The notes beneath the pieces were generated by a model, which saw only the letters and a program-made list of their open reading frames with translations, searched no databases and had not been told where the DNA came from. 64,000 nt of DNA from a virus: positions 1-64,000 of the IMG/VR virus record IMGVR_UViG_3300048999_000173, one strand, 5' to 3'. Numbering within the stretch: position 1 is the first letter of the stretch; every line of letters starts with the position of its first letter. The position numbers and the translations under genes are program-made. This document shows positions 17,171 to 26,655 of the stretch, piece after piece.

Positions 17171-17497
17171 CTACGTCTGCGGCTTCGGCTTGTTGCCCAG
17201 CCCGCCCCGACGAGGGCCCTCCTTGAAGTAGGACAGGAACGTCCCCGTCTCCATGGTTCTGGCGTTGCCGACCCTGCCGTAAGGGATCCGCCCGGGCTTG
17301 TCGCCAAACGGCCACGAGTTCACCTCGCGGGCGATGTACCTGAGCCCATCGGGCGTGATGCTGTCGACCAGACCGCGCTCCATGAGCAGCGCGGGGCCGG
17401 TCTTGAAGGTGACAAACAGGGGCGTTCCGTCTTTGGAGACAGGGACGCCGTCACCATCGATCTTCGGAGACACCGAAGATTTCTGTACTCTCGACAC
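17171..17497 (-). CDS. small DNA-binding-like protein
   Basis: AAGGA RBS; SITPDGLRYIAR..WPF; basic tail. Confidence 0.7.
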   Translation of the reverse strand: MSRVQKSSVSPKIDGDGVPVSKDGTPLFVTFKTGPALLMERGLVDSITPDGLRYIAREVNSWPFGDKPGRIPYGRVGNARTMETGTFLSYFKEGPRRGGLGNKPKPQT

Positions 17498-17640
17498 GTG
17501 CAGATCCTTCTTTCAGGAGGGGGTTCTCTGTGCTGCCGATACGCATTCGCAGTGCGTCGGCGTGGAGACGGTCGGCCGGTAACCCGGTTCGGCCGTCTCT
17601 GCTGTTCAGGGCGGTGAACGCATCCCGTCCTCGTCTCCTC

Positions 17641-18843
17641 TCACGCCGCTAGGGCGTTGATCGCCTCGACCGTGGCCGCCGCGGTCTGGTTACCGGCGTA
17701 CCGAGGTGCGCTGAGCATCCCCGCCACCCGCTCCATCCGCTTCACGATCCACGAAATCTGCTCCTCCACTGGCAACGACAGCACCGCCGCCAGGGCATCG
17801 GCCGCACCCTCCACGTCATCGAGCTGCACGCGCGCCGTCGCCAGGTAGATGTGCGCCAGCCGCTCATCGTCCAGCGACCGCTCATCCGCCGGACCCGACT
17901 GCCACAACGCGATCGCCTCAATGGCCTCCCGCGCCGCGCGCTCCGCATCGTGGCCGCCTTGCAGCCAGATCAGCGAAGACCCCGCGTAGTAGCACTGCTT
18001 CGCCCTCGAGAACCCGAACAGACCCTCCAGGGAGTCCGCCTTGCGGATCCGCTCCCGCGCCGCTTCGGCGCCGTCCAGGGCCTGGTTCGCGGCCCGGCTG
18101 TCTCCCAGGTTGGCCAGGCACTGGGCCTCACCACACCGCAGACGAGTCTCACCGGTCCCGTGCCCGTGACCGACCCACTGGTAGCCGTCCCGCACGTACT
18201 CCAGCGCGCGCCCGTAGTCGCCCTGGAAACGGGCGATCAACGACTTCGTGCCAGCCACCCACGCGGACAGCTCCGCGTCCCCGGCGAACTCCGCGCACCG
18301 CCCGGCCGCCGTCGCATGCTCGAGCGCCTCATCGGCGTCGCCCATGTCCAGCAGCGCATACGACAGCACACCCGACAGGCGTCCGGCCGTCACGTACAGG
18401 TCCGAACGGTCCTGCGGCCGGTGATGCCCCGAACGGATCCGCTCGAACGCCTCACCACGCAGCACGTGCGCCCGGTCCATCATCGGCCCCGGGGGAGACG
18501 CCAGATAGTCGACCGCCGTGACCGCGACACCCTCCTGAAGTTCGGAGATGTCCAGGTCCGCGAGCGCGGACAGGTCCCGCGACATCGCCAACGCCGCCGC
18601 GCGGGTGCGGTGCACGGCCGCGGCCTCACGCCGCGCCAGGTCCTCACGCCGCCACTGAGCGACGAGCCGACCGCCCGCCTGCAGCGCTTCGTCGGCGGCT
18701 TCCGCCACCTCGAGCGGCGCAGGCCTGCGCCCGGTCTCCCAGTGGTGCAGAGACGTCCGGTCGTAGTGGATGTGCTGCGCCAGCCGGGCCAGCGACATGC
18801 CAGCCTCCAAGCGCAGCGTACGAAGCAGCTCCGGGAAGGTCAT
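17641..18843 (-). CDS. XRE-HTH plus TPR-like transcriptional regulator
   Basis: LRTLRLEAGMSLARLAQHIHYDRTSLHHWETGRR; Ala-rich helical repeats; GAGGAGG RBS. Confidence 0.85.
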   Translation of the reverse strand: MTFPELLRTLRLEAGMSLARLAQHIHYDRTSLHHWETGRRPAPLEVAEAADEALQAGGRLVAQWRREDLARREAAAVHRTRAAALAMSRDLSALADLDISELQEGVAVTAVDYLASPPGPMMDRAHVLRGEAFERIRSGHHRPQDRSDLYVTAGRLSGVLSYALLDMGDADEALEHATAAGRCAEFAGDAELSAWVAGTKSLIARFQGDYGRALEYVRDGYQWVGHGHGTGETRLRCGEAQCLANLGDSRAANQALDGAEAARERIRKADSLEGLFGFSRAKQCYYAGSSLIWLQGGHDAERAAREAIEAIALWQSGPADERSLDDERLAHIYLATARVQLDDVEGAADALAAVLSLPVEEQISWIVKRMERVAGMLSAPRYAGNQTAAATVEAINALAA

Positions 18844-19041
18844 GCGGTGAGTGTTCCTCCTCTCTCGTCTCCGGGTCAGTGCGTCTTACGGCTTATGTAA
18901 CTGATGCCGGGATCTGAACTGTTGGCAGATCCCCGTGGCCGGAGTTGCCAACACGGCGATCAACTCCACCGTGTCCGACCGGTGCTGGCATGGAGTCAGC
19001 GACTGATCGACGAGACGGAAAGGGGTCGCACCGATGGCCTG

Positions 19042-19311
19042 TCACTCCTTGTCGTCCGGCTTGGGGCTCTCCGGTCTCTCTCTGGCTTCCAGGTCCGTAC
19101 GCCGGCCTGGACGGAGCACCCGGTTGGCGAAGAACTCCGCGACCTTGTCAGCCGGGTACTTCGCCCGCGTACTTCCTGGCGTGATCACCGGGGGAGGGAA
19201 CGCCGGATCTGACTGCGCGATCCGGTGGACCAGCTGGCGACTCACACCGCGGTCCGCCGCGATCTCCGGGATGGTCAGCAAACGGGGCTCCTCCTCTTCC
19301 TCGTTGGTCAA
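19042..19311 (-). CDS. AlpA/excisionase-like HTH protein
   Basis: GAAGGAG RBS, TTG start; LLTIPEIAADRGVSRQLVHRI...FPPP. Confidence 0.8.
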   Translation of the reverse strand: MTNEEEEEPRLLTIPEIAADRGVSRQLVHRIAQSDPAFPPPVITPGSTRAKYPADKVAEFFANRVLRPGRRTDLEARERPESPKPDDKE

Positions 19312-19339
19312 CGCGTCTCCTTCATCATGCCGCACCTTG

Positions 19340-19368
19340 TTGACAAAGTCCACGGGGTGCGAGAGTCT
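19340..19368 (+). promoter_or_regulatory. putative promoter of the rightward transfer operon
   Basis: TTGACA-17 nt-GAGTCT in the divergent intergenic region. Confidence 0.5.
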
Positions 19369-19497
19369 CGTACCAGCACAACAGAACGACCCCGGCCAGC
19401 AAGAGCCGGACCGGGGCCGCGCGTCCGGAACGGTGTTGGAGCACCGCGAAGGACTTTGGAACCGCCCTACCTGCGCTATCAGGAGGCCAGATCCGTC

Positions 19498-19740
19498 ATG
19501 AAGGATCTCACGACAACCCCTTCCAGGGCACTGCACCCTGACGACTTCGTCCACACGGTCCCCACGGCGACGGCCCCCGGCCGCACCGTCCTGGAGCGTT
19601 TCCCCGCCGGTGCCCCGCGCGGCTCCTGGCCGGCAGAGAAGTTCGCCGCCGACCGGCGCGCCGCCGGACAGCCCGCGACCGTCGTCATGGACCTTCGCAC
19701 CGACAGCTTCCTCGTCGTCGTGAACGGCGGTGCCCGCTGA
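19498..19740 (+). CDS. hypothetical protein
   Basis: AGGAGG RBS; first gene of a coupled operon. Confidence 0.75.
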   Translation: MKDLTTTPSRALHPDDFVHTVPTATAPGRTVLERFPAGAPRGSWPAEKFAADRRAAGQPATVVMDLRTDSFLVVVNGGAR

Positions 19741-19976
19741 TGGCCCGCATGTCTCGCCGCGAGATGAACGAACTCGCCGAAGACCGCGACAAGTGCGCGG
19801 CCCGCTCCACCCGCAACGCCGCCTCCGCCAAGGCCGCGGCCGCTGACCCGAACCTCTCCGACAGCCTCCGCAAGCAGGCCTCCGCCACCATCCCGATCGC
19901 CCTCCGCCACGCGCAGGAGTACCGGGAGGAAGCCGCAGCGCTCCGCGAGGGCCGCATCCCCGGAGAGGACTGGTGA
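19740..19976 (+). CDS. hypothetical protein
   Basis: TGATG coupling. Confidence 0.75.
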   Translation: MARMSRREMNELAEDRDKCAARSTRNAASAKAAAADPNLSDSLRKQASATIPIALRHAQEYREEAAALREGRIPGEDW

Positions 19977-20335
19977 CCATGTTCGACGAGACCCCACAGA
20001 CGCCGCAGGAACCGCAGGAGTTGGCCGCGCTGGAGCTGTACCACCAGCTCGTCAACCTGTCCCCGGACAACGGCGACCGCGCCCTCATGGTCACCCTCCG
20101 CCTCCCGAACGGCCGTTACGTCGGCGACGTGTGGCTGTCCGCCTCGGACGTGGAGCAGTTGATCGACGGTGCGCTGACGGTTGCCCAGCACCGCGTCGCG
20201 TTCGGCGCCCCCGAGGAGGCTGCCGGGCCGCTACCGAAGGACGACGACGACATCAGCGACGAGGTCGCGGACGTCATGGCCGGCTTCGACACCGACCTCG
20301 CGGCGCTCCTCGACTCCGAGGGTGGGCAGGCGTGA
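19973..20335 (+). CDS. hypothetical protein
   Basis: GTGA coupling; acidic C-terminus. Confidence 0.75.
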   Translation: MTMFDETPQTPQEPQELAALELYHQLVNLSPDNGDRALMVTLRLPNGRYVGDVWLSASDVEQLIDGALTVAQHRVAFGAPEEAAGPLPKDDDDISDEVADVMAGFDTDLAALLDSEGGQA

Positions 20336-20736
20336 TGAACGGCCCGCACGACGTGCACACCGACGGCAACGCCATCCCCCCGCTGGACCGTGAACTCGCC
20401 GGCCTCCTCGAGGACCTCGCCGACGTCCACGACCCCGGCGTCGACCAGATCATCGCCGGACTCCGCCTGATCGCCCTGTCCCGCCACAGCATCGACCGCA
20501 CCCAAACCCTCGTCGCTGTCCTCGCGGGCGGTGATGACGGCACCCACCTCGTCGCCGCGATCGGGCAGGTCATCGCCCGACTCGCCACCCCCGACACCAA
20601 CCCCGCCCTCCGCACCCTGCCCTTCGAGCAGCAGAAACGCGCCCAACTCAACGGCGAAACCACCGCGTTCGTCCTCGCCCACCCCGAACTCGCCCAATTC
20701 GCAGCCGACACCAGCGCCGCCATCGACGGCCTCTGA
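20335..20736 (+). CDS. hypothetical protein
   Basis: TGATG coupling; strong C3 codon bias. Confidence 0.75.
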   Translation: MNGPHDVHTDGNAIPPLDRELAGLLEDLADVHDPGVDQIIAGLRLIALSRHSIDRTQTLVAVLAGGDDGTHLVAAIGQVIARLATPDTNPALRTLPFEQQKRAQLNGETTAFVLAHPELAQFAADTSAAIDGL

Positions 20737-20755
20737 CCCGGAAAGGACCGACCGC

Positions 20756-21019
20756 ATGCCGCTCCCCGCCTGGATGGCCGGACACCGCCCCAAGACCAGC
20801 AAGCCCGACATGTGGAACGGCAAGCCGCTCCCCGTCCGCAACATCACCTACACCGACCTCAACTACCGGCTCTACGACGGCCGAACCGGTGCCCTCCTCT
20901 CCTTCAACTCCACCAACAGCATCGGATCTCTCGTCGCCGACGTCCTCCGCACCCGCGACGAGAACCCCACTGCCCACATCGTCGCCGTCGAATACGACGG
21001 CCCCGCCTACCCCAACTGA
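20756..21019 (+). CDS. hypothetical protein
   Basis: GAAAGGA RBS. Confidence 0.75.
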   Translation: MPLPAWMAGHRPKTSKPDMWNGKPLPVRNITYTDLNYRLYDGRTGALLSFNSTNSIGSLVADVLRTRDENPTAHIVAVEYDGPAYPN

Positions 21020-21174
21020 CCACCACCCGGGGCCTGGCCGCCGAGCCGACAGACGGCCAGGCCCCACACCGCCGGCCTTCCCGAAGGCTGCACCGCCTCA
21101 CATCCCCCACGGGCGGTGCAGCCCTCAGCAAGACCGGAATCCACCCGACGACCCCCATGCCGAAAGGACACCAG

Positions 21175-21354
21175 ATGCCGAAGGCGAAGAAGCAGAGCCT
21201 GTGGGCCGAAGTCCGCAGCGAGATGAAGAAGTCCAGGCAGGCCAGCAGTGCCCCGTCCGGCTGGGACTGTGCCCGCTGTGGCACCGGCAACGCCGCAAAC
21301 GCCAGCCAGTGCGGATGCGGCGCCGACGCCCGACTGGCAGCCATCCGCTACTGA
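21175..21354 (+). CDS. 59-aa protein with RanBP2-like zinc finger
   Basis: GAAAGGA RBS; WDCARCGTGNAANASQCGCG. Confidence 0.7.
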   Translation: MPKAKKQSLWAEVRSEMKKSRQASSAPSGWDCARCGTGNAANASQCGCGADARLAAIRY

Positions 21355-21399
21355 CCACCCACCCGCACACCCGCACACCCGGACCGGAAGGAGCCCGCC

Positions 21400-21576
21400 G
21401 TGGCCACCACACCGAAGACGTTCACCACCGCTCACACCCAGCCCCTCACCAGCGAGGACTACGAGGCCTACTACGTCCTCACCGAAACCACCCGTCGCCA
21501 CCGCTACGGCCTCCGCCTGCAGCACCCGATCCGCGCCATCCGCCACCTCACCCACCGACCCCGCACCGCAGCCTGA
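21400..21576 (+). CDS. small hypothetical protein (58 aa)
   Basis: GAAGGAG RBS; GTG start; MATTPKTFTT... Confidence 0.65.
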   Translation: MATTPKTFTTAHTQPLTSEDYEAYYVLTETTRRHRYGLRLQHPIRAIRHLTHRPRTAA

Positions 21577-21622
21577 CTAGCAACAGCCCTGCCGCCACCT
21601 GAACCCGGAAGGACCACCCGTC

Positions 21623-21895
21623 ATGGACACCACGACCGACACCACCCAGGCCGCCTGGCCGGAGAACGTCACCGCCCGCATCCTCACCCGCCTCGGCATG
21701 TGCGCCCGCGACTTCCACGACGCCACCGTCGACATCATCGACGTCTCCAGCCCCGGCACCAACGGCACCACCACCGCCCTGTGCCGGCCCTGCGGCTGGA
21801 CCCGCCACCACGGCCTCCCCTACCGCGACAAGGCCCTCGAGATGGCCCGCGAGCACGCCGCCGAATGCACCGCCCTCCCGCAGCCCACCACCTGA
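21623..21895 (+). CDS. small Zn-finger-like mobile-element protein
   Basis: GAAGGA RBS; CRPCG...AREHAAECTALP. Confidence 0.75.
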   Translation: MDTTTDTTQAAWPENVTARILTRLGMCARDFHDATVDIIDVSSPGTNGTTTALCRPCGWTRHHGLPYRDKALEMAREHAAECTALPQPTT

Positions 21896-21939
21896 CCACC
21901 AGCCCCCGATCCCGCCCCACACCCAGGAAGGACCCGCCC

Positions 21940-23133
21940 ATGCTCTCCACAGTGCAGAACGCGGTCGAGCAACTGCCCGTACAGGCATGGGCCGTCCTGC
22001 TCGCCACCCTCACCCTCGTCTTCGGCTACCGCATCGCCCGCAAGACGACGCCGAACACCAAAACCGAGCCCGGCCGGGACAAGATCGAGCGGCGCACCCT
22101 CATCGGCTTCACCGGCATGGGCCTCGTCGCCCTCCTCGGCTTCGGCCTCTCCGCCAACACCAGCATCCGCTTCGCCGAAAAACGCCTCCACATGGAGGCC
22201 CCCTGGACCCTCACCATCGGCCTCGCCCTCGAAGGCATCGTCCTCGGACTCACGCTCTACTCCTGGGCCTTCGACGACAAGGGCACCGCCCGCGCCGCCT
22301 ACCTCCTCGTCCTCGCCCAGGCAGTCGGCGCCATCGAAGTCGTCCGCCAGGAACACGAAGACGCCGGCACCGCCCTCGTCCGCATCGTCGGCCCCGTCAT
22401 GCTCGCCTACGGCCTCCACAAGCTCCTCGGGCTGGAAGCCAAGCTGGGGAAGCTGAAGATCACATCGGACGGCATGATCGCCCGACTGTGGCGGGACCGC
22501 CTGAAGCGGCTCGAGAGCAAGCTCGGCATCGGATCCCGCGGCGCCGACGCCGAAGCCATCTCCCGCAGCAACGCCGCCGACAAGTTCGTCAACCTCAACT
22601 CCGTTGGGAAGCCCGCGCTCATGACCGACCGCATGTACCGGCGCGCGCTCGTGAAGGCCGGCCGGGCCGCCCTCCACGGCCTCGACGGCTTCGAGCGGCA
22701 GATGGCCGAAGCCGTCCTCGTCGACCGGATCGCCTACGAGAAGGGCATGCAGAAGGGCGGTGACCACTTCGAGGTGGCCCTCATGCGGGGCGTGCGGTCG
22801 AACACCGGATCGCTGGAACTGGACGCGTCCTCTCCGGCTGCACTCGGCTTCCTGACCAGCGCGGCTATCGAAGCCGCACCCGCGAGCCGAGCCGAAGACG
22901 CACCCCAGCCGCACGACGACAAGCCGCAGCCGCGTTCGAACCCCGCCGCGACCGAAGCCGAGCGGAAGGCCCGCGCGTTCCGCGTCTACGCCGACCTTGG
23001 ACAGCCCTCCCAGCGCGCCTTCATCAAGGTGTGGCGGGAGCGCGGATTCGGCGAGTCCGACCAGACCGTCCGCGAGCTCTACAACGAGATGCACGAGGCC
23101 TTCGAGAACGCCCGCAAGGGAGACACGGCCTGA
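21940..23133 (+). CDS. multi-TM spread (SpdB/DUF2637-like) protein with C-terminal HTH-like tail
   Basis: several TM helices in the N-terminal half; position in the transfer operon. Confidence 0.65.
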   Translation: MLSTVQNAVEQLPVQAWAVLLATLTLVFGYRIARKTTPNTKTEPGRDKIERRTLIGFTGMGLVALLGFGLSANTSIRFAEKRLHMEAPWTLTIGLALEGIVLGLTLYSWAFDDKGTARAAYLLVLAQAVGAIEVVRQEHEDAGTALVRIVGPVMLAYGLHKLLGLEAKLGKLKITSDGMIARLWRDRLKRLESKLGIGSRGADAEAISRSNAADKFVNLNSVGKPALMTDRMYRRALVKAGRAALHGLDGFERQMAEAVLVDRIAYEKGMQKGGDHFEVALMRGVRSNTGSLELDASSPAALGFLTSAAIEAAPASRAEDAPQPHDDKPQPRSNPAATEAERKARAFRVYADLGQPSQRAFIKVWRERGFGESDQTVRELYNEMHEAFENARKGDTA

Positions 23134-23645
23134 TGCGCCAGCCGACTACCGAACAGCGTCCGCAGGCCGCCCCCCGGCCTGCGGTGCCCCTGCACGTTCC
23201 CGCACCGCCGCGATCGGCCCCGGCCCCCCTCCCGGTACCGCCCGCCGCACCCGACTGGCCTTCGCGCTGGCACCTTCTCCTCCCCGCCGGCGTCCGCAAC
23301 CAGATGGCCGCGCTCGGGCTGTGGCAGAACCCGGTACCCCTGTGCCCCTCCCTGCACCTCGAGCAGACCCTCGCCGTCCTCGAACGCTACGGCTGGGCCC
23401 GCAGCCTCGACTTTTCCCCCACCGGCCGCATGTGCATCCGCGGCTCCCAAACCCTCCTCGAGCGCACCGGGCACGTCACCCCCGCCGCGCGCGCGAGGGC
23501 CGTCGACTTCATGCAGCAAACCCTCCAGGAACACGGCTACCACCAGCCGTTCTTCGCCTGGAACGACCACCAGGAACGCACCCTCACCCACGTCCGCAAC
23601 CTGATCCTCACCTCCGCCCATGCCGCCCGATCCAACGGAGAATGA
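23133..23645 (+). CDS. DUF6197-like protein
   Basis: LERYGW.R...GRMCIRG...AWND...RT...V..L. Confidence 0.7.
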   Translation: MRQPTTEQRPQAAPRPAVPLHVPAPPRSAPAPLPVPPAAPDWPSRWHLLLPAGVRNQMAALGLWQNPVPLCPSLHLEQTLAVLERYGWARSLDFSPTGRMCIRGSQTLLERTGHVTPAARARAVDFMQQTLQEHGYHQPFFAWNDHQERTLTHVRNLILTSAHAARSNGE

Positions 23646-24358
23646 CCATGAACGAGTACAACGACCCCAACGCCGACTTCAACGGCATCATCAACAACGC
23701 GTTCACCCCCAACCCGGCCACAAACCCGCAGGTCACACCCGGGCAGACCTACACCAGCCCGGCCGGCTTCTACACCGACACCCACACCGGCACGCACGGC
23801 CCCTACGGCCCGCCGCCCGCCCACCAGGCCCGCCCCGTCAAGACCGGCCTCACCCCCCGCGGGAAGGCCGCCCTCGCTATCGCCGCGACCATCTGCGCCG
23901 GCGGCGGCCTCCTCGGGTGGCAGCACTACGCCGCCGCCCAGGCGGCCAACCAGGTCAAGGCCCAGGAACTGCGGATCGAGCAGCAGAAGCTCGCCATCGA
24001 GCAGCAGAAAGCCCTCGACAAGGCCACGCAGACCGCGCAGAAGACCCAGAGTGCGGCCGACGCGAACCGGCAGAAGAAGATCGACGCCTGTGTGCAGGCC
24101 AACCGCGGCCTGGTCGGCAAGCAGCTCGGCGCGACCCTCTCCTCCGTCATCCAGGACTGCCAGACCCAGTACCCGGCCACCGCCGGGACCGGCGACATGC
24201 AGGAGGCGGCGACGTCCAGCACCACCGGCGGCAGCGGAAACGCCACCGACATCCTCCTCGTCGGAGGTGCCGCCCTCGCCCTCGGTGTCGGATTCGCCGT
24301 CAGGCGCGCCACCCGCCCCGCACCGGCCCCCGTCTACACCGGATACCCCACCCACTGA
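23642..24358 (+). CDS. two-TM coiled-coil membrane protein (spread-protein-like)
   Basis: TM, Gln/Lys coiled coil with a Cys pair, second TM. Confidence 0.75.
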   Translation: MTMNEYNDPNADFNGIINNAFTPNPATNPQVTPGQTYTSPAGFYTDTHTGTHGPYGPPPAHQARPVKTGLTPRGKAALAIAATICAGGGLLGWQHYAAAQAANQVKAQELRIEQQKLAIEQQKALDKATQTAQKTQSAADANRQKKIDACVQANRGLVGKQLGATLSSVIQDCQTQYPATAGTGDMQEAATSSTTGGSGNATDILLVGGAALALGVGFAVRRATRPAPAPVYTGYPTH

Positions 24359-24360
24359 CC

Positions 24361-24457
24361 TACTTCCCACTCACTTCCCGGCCAGGAAAACCCCAGCTCA
24401 CACCCCCACAACCGGCGAAGATCCTGGATCTTCGCCCTGGCCGGGAGGTGGGAAGTA
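24361..24457. repeat. nested inverted repeats upstream of the core transfer genes
   Basis: TACTTCCCAC..CTTCCCGGCCAGG / CCTGGCCGGGAGGTGGGAAGTA, with an inner perfect 11-bp IR GGCGAAGATCC-T-GGATCTTCGCC. Confidence 0.7.
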
Positions 24458-24489
24458 AACGACCTTCACCCACGGGAGGAACCCGACTC

Positions 24490-26655
24490 ATGGCGAGCGA
24501 CACCGCCCCCGCCGCACCCGGCCCGGACGCCCCCGACATGCCCGCCCACGCCCCCCACCCGGCGACCGGAGCACCGGACGCCCCGACCCGCGGAGGCCTG
24601 GGCTGGCTCGCATCCGCCCTCCAGCCCGTCGACCCCGCCCGCCCCACCTTCGACCTCACCCCCACCCTGGGCGACACCACCGCCGACCTGAACGGCATCG
24701 ACCTCACCGCCCTCACCGGCGGGCCCGGCGGCGGCCCGTCCAGCGCCGCCTACCACGACGGCACCACCCCCCCCACCGACACCACCGGCACGAACAGCGC
24801 CGGCGGCCAGGAGAAGAGCATCGTCCGCGCCTGGCTCCTCGCCGGCGCCGAACGCTGGCGCAAGGGCGCCGACGCCCGCAACAAGGCGTTGGACATCCAA
24901 AAGGCCAAGGCCACCGCCCTGCAGGTCAAGGAGTCCCGCACCGTCAACCGCTCCGAGAAGATCGTCGGAGGGGGAACCAGCTCCGCCACCAGCGGCAAGA
25001 CCGACGCCGGGAAGTCGAACACCAGCAAGACCAGCAACTCCGGCCCGGGCGGGGCGAAGAACGGCTCCGCCGGCGGTAAGAGCACAGGGTCCGGCGCTGG
25101 CTCGGGGGCCGGTGGCCGCGGTGGAGGATCCGGCACCGGACGAGGAAACGGGGCGGGTACGGGCGGCGGCCGCGGCGGCACCAGGGGCAGCGACGCCGGC
25201 ACCAGCAAGGACCCGAAGACCAATCACGCCAAGGGCGCCGACCACACCAAGTCCCCCAGCCCCTCCAACAGCGGCGGGAAGCCCGGCAAGGACGGCCCGT
25301 CCGGCAGCCACGGCTCCTCCGGGAAGCTCGGCAAGGACACCGCCTCCCACAACGGCAGCGGGAAGAGCCCCAAGCAGCAGACCACCAGCACCTGCGGCGA
25401 CGCGTCCGGCATCAGCATGACCAAGGACAAGAAGCCCAAGGCGCCCAAGGACACCAGCGGCGACACCACGGCGGCCGCCCCGAAGACGCCCAAGCCGTCA
25501 CCCACGAAGAACCCGCCCCAACCGGGAAGCGGCACGCCGGGCCCCAAGGGCGGCCCGGGCGCGGGCGGGGGAGCGGGCGGCACCACTACACCCGGCGCGG
25601 GGACCGGCAAGCCCGTCGACATGAAGAAGAACCCCGACCTCAAGGGCGGCGACAAGACCAAGCCCAGCACCGACACCACCGGCCGCACCGACCTCACGAA
25701 GAAGCCCAAGACCGACCCCAAGATGCCGAGGGCCGGCGAGCAGCAGACCACCGGGCCGACCGTCCGCACCCAGGCCACCCGCGAAGCCGGATACCGCGAC
25801 GGCACCCGCCTCGGCACCGCCGTCGCCCACGCCGGCGCCTACAAGGACGGGGTCAAGGACGGCTACCGCGACACCTCCGAGGCTGCCGCCCGCGAGAAGG
25901 ACCGCCTCGACAAGGCCCACCAGAAGCACAAGCCGGGCGCCGCACCGCAGCCCGCCCCGGCACCCATACCGCCCAAGCCGACCGTTCCGCCGAAGCCCAC
26001 CACACCACCCCCCACCCCCACAGCCACCCCCCGCCCGGGCCCCGCAGCAGCGCCCAAGCCGACCAAGCCCACCACCGTCCCCGACCCGCGTACCGCCCTG
26101 ATGAAGCCCAAACCCAAGCCGAAGCCTGACCCCAAGGAGGCACCCGTGGCCGCCCCCAGCAGCGCCGACTACCACCCCCCGCAGCGACCAGCCGACACCC
26201 CGATCGGCGTCTCCCGCGTGGGCCAGACCCACGTCGTCCTGGACAGCGGACAGGTCATCTCCCGCGGCGAAGTCCGCAACCTCAAGGACTACGAACGGCG
26301 CTTGGACGAGAAGACCATCGCGATGCACAAACTCGCCGACCTGGCCAAAGCCCTCCAGGCGCACGCCCAGGACCAGAACAAGGAAGTCACCACCCTCCTC
26401 GAGCAGGCCCGCACCAAGTCCGTCGGCGCCACCCTCATCGGAAACCTGACCAGGCTCCAGGAACGCACGGCCCTCCAAGCCCACCAGGCAACCGAACTCC
26501 TCAAGCGGGCCGTTCGGGCAGCCGAGTCCACCACCGTCCTGCTCGCCAACGTGACCACCCGCTACGGCGGCATCTACAAGGCCGTCTGCGACTCCCCACT
26601 CGAGATCCCCGGCGAACTCGACTTCTACGACGACAGGACGGCCACCAGTGTCTGA
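24490..26655 (+). CDS. large low-complexity transfer-associated protein with helical C-terminal domain
   Basis: GGGAGGA RBS; G/K/P/T-rich middle; in-frame AAGGAGG-GTG at 26134-26148. Confidence 0.75.
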   Translation: MASDTAPAAPGPDAPDMPAHAPHPATGAPDAPTRGGLGWLASALQPVDPARPTFDLTPTLGDTTADLNGIDLTALTGGPGGGPSSAAYHDGTTPPTDTTGTNSAGGQEKSIVRAWLLAGAERWRKGADARNKALDIQKAKATALQVKESRTVNRSEKIVGGGTSSATSGKTDAGKSNTSKTSNSGPGGAKNGSAGGKSTGSGAGSGAGGRGGGSGTGRGNGAGTGGGRGGTRGSDAGTSKDPKTNHAKGADHTKSPSPSNSGGKPGKDGPSGSHGSSGKLGKDTASHNGSGKSPKQQTTSTCGDASGISMTKDKKPKAPKDTSGDTTAAAPKTPKPSPTKNPPQPGSGTPGPKGGPGAGGGAGGTTTPGAGTGKPVDMKKNPDLKGGDKTKPSTDTTGRTDLTKKPKTDPKMPRAGEQQTTGPTVRTQATREAGYRDGTRLGTAVAHAGAYKDGVKDGYRDTSEAAAREKDRLDKAHQKHKPGAAPQPAPAPIPPKPTVPPKPTTPPPTPTATPRPGPAAAPKPTKPTTVPDPRTALMKPKPKPKPDPKEAPVAAPSSADYHPPQRPADTPIGVSRVGQTHVVLDSGQVISRGEVRNLKDYERRLDEKTIAMHKLADLAKALQAHAQDQNKEVTTLLEQARTKSVGATLIGNLTRLQERTALQAHQATELLKRAVRAAESTTVLLANVTTRYGGIYKAVCDSPLEIPGELDFYDDRTATSV

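Noticed and set aside
19034-19501. 155-aa plus-strand ORF with an apparent RBS
   Set aside because: It lies antisense to the well-supported AlpA-like gene and runs across the promoter; poor coding signature.
23620-24489. N-terminal part of the 1011-aa ORF call
   Set aside because: It overlaps the real 23642-24358 gene in another frame; the credible start with an RBS is at 24490.
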